DNA from: a virus
DNA: 44,692 nucleotides
IMG/VR virus record: IMGVR_UViG_3300029263_000582
Strand: one strand, 5' to 3'
The notes below the pieces were generated by a model, which saw only the letters and a list, made by a program, of their open reading frames with translations, was not told the DNA's origin and did not search any database. Positions 40,845 to 44,692 of this stretch are shown here, piece after piece (the first letter of the stretch is position 1; each line of letters opens with the position of its first letter). The position numbers and the translations under genes are program-made.

Positions 40845-41801
40845 TTACTTATCTGTTAGTACAACAGCTAGTGTCTCAGGACGCTGTAGCGCGAAGCCCC
40901 AACGAGATAAAGCCCAGTGCTCGTCACGTTGTAAGTCGTCGTTACGCTTGTTACCTGCTGTAGGCTGCTTACGAACAACACCCATGAACGGCTTACCTTC
41001 GTCGTCACCAACGTACAGTGCCATGTTAGCAACACCAGTAGCGCCTGTTGACTTACCATCGATAGTCTCTGCACCTACGCGAGGTAGCGTAGTACTAATC
41101 ATGATATCGAAGCCGTAGATGTTACGGTAGAACTGCATACCCGTACGGTCAGCGAAGCCTGTCTCAATAAGACCTTCGAAGCGAGGGTTATCTGAAGTAA
41201 CTACTTGTGCTAAGCCGTTAAGCTCGAACTCTACAGTAGGGTCAACGATTAAGATACGACCTGCTGCTGGAATGTTAGCTTCATCGAATGATAACTTAAG
41301 TTGACGGATGTCATCAAGAGTAATCTTACGTGAGCCGTCTGTACCACCTGATGCTACAAAGCGGTGAGGCTGTGCATTAATCAAGTTAAGGTCGCCAGCT
41401 GTTTGTTGTGACTGAGTAGCCATAACATCAGATACCATCTTAGTCATGAACGCTTGCGTACTCTTACGAAGTCGTGAACTAACTAAACCCGGAATCTTTG
41501 AAGCGCCGTCTTCACGTAGCTTATCTGTGATGTACCAAGCATCTTGGTCGTAGTCACTGATACGTAATTCAATACGTGATGTATCGATAGCAGAGAAGTC
41601 TAACGGAGAGTTCTCAGCGTATGGTGATAATGTGATGTCACCGATTTGGTCAATGTTCAATACTTCGCCTTCAGGAAATTCTGAAGTACGGTCGTTGAAG
41701 AACATGCTTGCGTCCATCAGTTGTTGTGGGAACGACTCAATAAGAGACGTGCTGTACAACTGTTGGATTACCATTGCTTGTGTATTGCCAGTAGTTTGCA
41801 T
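40845..41801 (-). CDS. Major capsid protein
   Basis: 318 aa, directly downstream of the scaffold-like gene. The size and position fit a T7 gp10/HK97-fold capsid protein. Confidence 0.7.
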   Translation of the reverse strand: MQTTGNTQAMVIQQLYSTSLIESFPQQLMDASMFFNDRTSEFPEGEVLNIDQIGDITLSPYAENSPLDFSAIDTSRIELRISDYDQDAWYITDKLREDGASKIPGLVSSRLRKSTQAFMTKMVSDVMATQSQQTAGDLNLINAQPHRFVASGGTDGSRKITLDDIRQLKLSFDEANIPAAGRILIVDPTVEFELNGLAQVVTSDNPRFEGLIETGFADRTGMQFYRNIYGFDIMISTTLPRVGAETIDGKSTGATGVANMALYVGDDEGKPFMGVVRKQPTAGNKRNDDLQRDEHWALSRWGFALQRPETLAVVLTDK

Positions 41802-41811
41802 TGTTTATCCT

Positions 41812-42504
41812 TTAATTTTTTAAGTACTTGTCAGGGTTTTTAAGAGCGTCTGCTATGAAGTCCGTTCGGTCTTTAGCTGAGCCTTTCGACATCAGAACTT
41901 CTGAGACTGAACGATCACTCTTCGGCTCGGGCTTGATGTAGACAGAAGATGAAGGAGAAGCTGATTCTTTACCCTGCGTATTAAGACCAAAGAGTGCAGC
42001 GAATGCTGCTGGCTTAGTACGTGCAAAGTCTTGGATAGCTTTCTTATCCATCTGTAGTTCTTGTCCACGCTCTAGGAGCTTAGTCTGATAGTCAGTACCG
42101 AACTTATCCTTAGCAGCTTGAACAGCTTTCTGTTCGTTAGCTTTCAGGACAGTCTCTTGACTGCGACTATCTAGTTCCCCAAGTAACTCCTGAAGTAACT
42201 CATCCTTATTGAACTGGGCTTGTGGCGCAGCTTGTGTAGGCGTTGTCTCAGGTTCATGGGCTGGAGCTTGCTTAGCTTGAAGCAGTTCTTCTAACTTATC
42301 TAGTTTGTCTAACTTAGACATTGAACCGCGTAAGTCTTGAAGTTCTTTTTCTAACTGAGCGATATGAGTGTCCGCTGAACTAATCTTCTTAGAAGCTGAT
42401 TCTACGTCGTACTCACGGTCTCCTACTTTGAACAATGCACTCTGGTCGGAAGCTTGTTCAGTTTGACTTTGTTCAGACTTGGTCTCGTCTTCAAACATCG
42501 TCAC
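41812..42504 (-). CDS. Scaffolding protein
   Basis: 230 aa, acidic, Q/E/K-rich with predicted coiled coil. It lies between portal and capsid. Confidence 0.6.
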   Translation of the reverse strand: MTMFEDETKSEQSQTEQASDQSALFKVGDREYDVESASKKISSADTHIAQLEKELQDLRGSMSKLDKLDKLEELLQAKQAPAHEPETTPTQAAPQAQFNKDELLQELLGELDSRSQETVLKANEQKAVQAAKDKFGTDYQTKLLERGQELQMDKKAIQDFARTKPAAFAALFGLNTQGKESASPSSSVYIKPEPKSDRSVSEVLMSKGSAKDRTDFIADALKNPDKYLKN

Positions 42505-42772
42505 TCCTTAATTGATTTATTATATTACGATAAGCAGTTCGCTTACCTCTTGATAAAGCAGTACAATACTTAGATTGGAAAAGAGATATGAATGTAGAAG
42601 ACTCAACTTCTAGTACTTCTTTCTCAACTTCCTGCTCTAAGTATTTAATAAGTTCTTTAGTAAGTTCGTTATGATGAAAGTCATTAAGACGAGAGACTAA
42701 CTTATCTTTCTCTTCTTTGTTTTCTTTATGATTAAATAGTCTAGTAACGAACTTAGGAATCTTGTATTTCAT
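42491..42772 (-). CDS. Hypothetical protein (A+T-rich gene)
   Basis: 93-aa K/E-rich ORF behind its own promoter. It overlaps the scaffold start by 14 nt. Confidence 0.55.
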   Translation of the reverse strand: MKYKIPKFVTRLFNHKENKEEKDKLVSRLNDFHHNELTKELIKYLEQEVEKEVLEVESSTFISLFQSKYCTALSRGKRTAYRNIINQLRSDDV

Positions 42773-42791
42773 GGAGATCTCTTAAAGCTTT

Positions 42792-42858
42792 AAGAAATCT
42801 GCTAGAAGTAAAGTAAGTCTAATACGAATTACGCTTTAACGTTCTTAACAGATTTCTT
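42792..42858. repeat. Perfect 10-bp inverted repeat in the 5' UTR of ORF 42772
   Basis: AAGAAATCTG (42792-42801) and CAGATTTCTT (42849-42858). The left arm is part of a 16-mer (42793-42808) whose reverse complement, CTTCTAGCAGATTTCT, occurs at 11063-11078. Confidence 0.7.
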
Positions 42859-42867
42859 GGTAATATT

Positions 42868-42896
42868 AATATAGTAATAGGGTACGTACTTTGCAA
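42868..42896 (-). promoter_or_regulatory. Sigma70-like internal late promoter
   Basis: On the minus strand: TTGCAA (42891-42896), 17-nt spacer, TATATT (42868-42873), with an A/T-rich UP-like tract upstream (42897-42925). Confidence 0.55.
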
Positions 42897-42934
42897 GAAT
42901 TAATTTAAAATAAATTAAAATAAGCCTGTATCCC

Positions 42935-44635
42935 TCACTCCATAAGGACTTCCTGCATACTAGGTTGAGATAAATTACTAGTTAATTGCTGTTCAGCGAT
43001 AGCTTGCTGCTGTTGCATGTCAGCTTGTTCATCTATCTGTGCGAACTTCTCAATAGCCTTGAACTCAGTTAGTCCACCTAAAGACTCAACCGCTTGTGCT
43101 AGATTGTACGTATTCAGGTGAGCACCTATCAGCTGTCCTAGGTTAGAGTTAGCTAGAGTATTAATCATATTCAATTGCTTAGTCTCTACAGAGAACCTAC
43201 GTGCTCCTACTGGTACTAGTACACCATTAGACTTCAGGTCTTCTTCAGTTATCTCTATGAACGTAGGAAGTCCAGTCTCGTCTAACGTCTGTGCTTGTAC
43301 GATAGATGTGAAGTTCTCACGAGCCAGTATAATCTCTGAACGAATCATAGGCTCAAGTAAGTCTATCTCGAACTGGGAAGCCTTATGCATGAACTTACGC
43401 ATACCTGCATCCATTAGCTGAGAGACTTCTCCTAGAGTCTTCTCGCCCGGTGTACGGTAGCCTTGCAGTTGAGGAGGAAGACCAGCAGCTTCACGACTTA
43501 ATGCCATCAGTTTATCTTGATGCATGTCAGCAGTAAGTACTGTGGTGTCAGGAACGATGTCACGTACACCGCCACCCTCAGGTGCTAGGTACTTAGTCTG
43601 TCCTGTGCTGGTATCGTATATCTCCTCTACGTCACCTATGTACACTCGGTCAGGGAAGATGAATCTATCTAGGGCATCTGACTTAGAGTTCTCTCTGTGG
43701 TTAATCTGGTAGTTCATACCGATTACTTTATCAAGAGGGCCTTGGCTCCATAGGTTATCAGGTTTCTCTGCCCAGCTAGCTTTATGGATATGTCCGTCAG
43801 CTTCCTCTTGCATGACTAACGTAGTACGGTCAGCTATGACTACGCACTGGTCAACATGAAGCTCTTCTGTTTCATCATCCCATACGTCACCGTACAGCCA
43901 CAGTAGCTCGATAACCCCTGAGTCGTAGTAAGACTGTAATGAAGTAAAGCCGTCAGGTAAGAACTGCTTGTTCTTGTTAGTATCAATAAACGAGCCTATC
44001 TGTCCTTGGTAACGACGCTGTAAGATTTCTTTAGTCTTACTCTCATCAAGACCAACCTTATCAGCGAACTTCTTGAAGTCACCTAGTGTCATAACAGAGC
44101 GTACTATCTTAGTTGTGTTATTGAACTCGGTAGCTGCTGGGTCGAATACGATGTCGTAAGGGCTTATACGTTTAGGCACAGGGCCTCTGTAACCGTCTCT
44201 GCCGCTATTAGTATGGGTAACATGTACGAATGCATTACCGTACGTTACTAAGTCCTGTACGAGCTTCCTGAGTACCTTCTCGAAGCCATTCAAACTGTGA
44301 CGGTTCTTAATGTAAGCTAGAACTTTCTCTCGCTTATCTTTAGTACCAGCTTGTAAGTCGTAAGGTTTCCACCCCATGAAGTCTTCGTTAGGGTACACTG
44401 TCGAATAGATAAGAGACTCAAGCTCTTCTTTAATCTCAGCTACTACAGGGATATGAGTAGTATGGTCATAAGACCCTGAGGTGTTAAGGCTAGTCGTATC
44501 CGTTGCGTACAGGTACGATTCAATCTCTTCCCACTTCCCTCGGTTCAATGAACGCTTTGATTGGAAGCTGAACCACTGCTCGCTGATACGTGAAGCGATT
44601 ACATCAGGCTTCGTACTTTGTAATGTTAGACTCAT
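42935..44635 (-). CDS. Portal (head-tail connector) protein
   Basis: 566 aa. Its start overlaps the TerL stop across the junction. The size and position relative to terminase and scaffold are typical of a portal. Confidence 0.7.
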   Translation of the reverse strand: MSLTLQSTKPDVIASRISEQWFSFQSKRSLNRGKWEEIESYLYATDTTSLNTSGSYDHTTHIPVVAEIKEELESLIYSTVYPNEDFMGWKPYDLQAGTKDKREKVLAYIKNRHSLNGFEKVLRKLVQDLVTYGNAFVHVTHTNSGRDGYRGPVPKRISPYDIVFDPAATEFNNTTKIVRSVMTLGDFKKFADKVGLDESKTKEILQRRYQGQIGSFIDTNKNKQFLPDGFTSLQSYYDSGVIELLWLYGDVWDDETEELHVDQCVVIADRTTLVMQEEADGHIHKASWAEKPDNLWSQGPLDKVIGMNYQINHRENSKSDALDRFIFPDRVYIGDVEEIYDTSTGQTKYLAPEGGGVRDIVPDTTVLTADMHQDKLMALSREAAGLPPQLQGYRTPGEKTLGEVSQLMDAGMRKFMHKASQFEIDLLEPMIRSEIILARENFTSIVQAQTLDETGLPTFIEITEEDLKSNGVLVPVGARRFSVETKQLNMINTLANSNLGQLIGAHLNTYNLAQAVESLGGLTEFKAIEKFAQIDEQADMQQQQAIAEQQLTSNLSQPSMQEVLME

Positions 44636-44692
44636 CGTTTACTTCCTCTCCTGCCACCGAAGCGGCTCATTCGCTCTGTAAGAGCTTTTCTG
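44552..44692. repeat. Second copy of the 141-bp overlap (same as 1..141)
   Basis: Identical to bases 1-141. Confidence 0.9.

Noticed and set aside
1-44692. CRISPR arrays, integrase/repressor lysogeny module, transposase or DGR reverse transcriptase
   Set aside because: I saw no regularly spaced repeats and no ORFs with recombinase, repressor or RT motifs. The genome looks strictly lytic.

Overview
The window is a complete, circularly closed phage genome. Bases 1-141 are an exact copy of 44552-44692, which leaves 44,551 bp of unique sequence. Gene order resembles a virulent T7-supergroup podovirus, but there is no single-subunit RNA polymerase. A ~1.5-kb non-coding control region (7230-8709) separates two divergent arms. 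The plus-strand early/DNA-metabolism arm runs 8710-29230. The minus-strand late arm runs from 7229 down through the circular junction to 29231, in this order: holin, two tailspikes, TerS, a membrane protein, TerL, portal, scaffold, capsid, adaptor, nozzle-like proteins, internal/ejection proteins. The two arms meet stop-to-stop at 29230/29231. Promoters read by eye are sigma70-like (TTGCAA or TTGACA, 16-17 nt spacer, TATATT or TATTAT). Main findings: (1) The gp4-like primase-helicase gene is split by two ORF-less group I introns that resemble the T4 td intron (19616-19926 and 20450-20682). Both have P1 helices with a U.G wobble, a GACUAU/AUAGUC P7 and an omega-G. In-frame exon ligation restores the helicase P-loop and gives a 551-aa product. 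(2) A same-strand cluster (12243-18601) encodes a GGCT-like enzyme, a class-II glutamine amidotransferase, two different carboxylate-amine ligases, a RimK-like ATP-grasp enzyme and a glutaredoxin-like protein. I know of no experimentally determined product for this combination. (3) Three paralogous 84-95 aa proteins share the start MIE, the motifs YLPD and PELPLNQVIGIPSLKG.IF, and acidic C-termini. Each starts inside an ATGATTGA overlap with the upstream gene, and one lies inside the ligase cluster. (4) Two long regions are open in two reading frames (16977-17335 and 28941-29198). (5) The control region is rich in repeats and hairpins and is followed by a ~520-nt ORF-less leader. I recognised no tRNA, CRISPR array, integrase or repressor. 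All calls were made by eye from the sequence and the ORF translations. Family assignments rest on remembered motifs and need HMM or structure confirmation.
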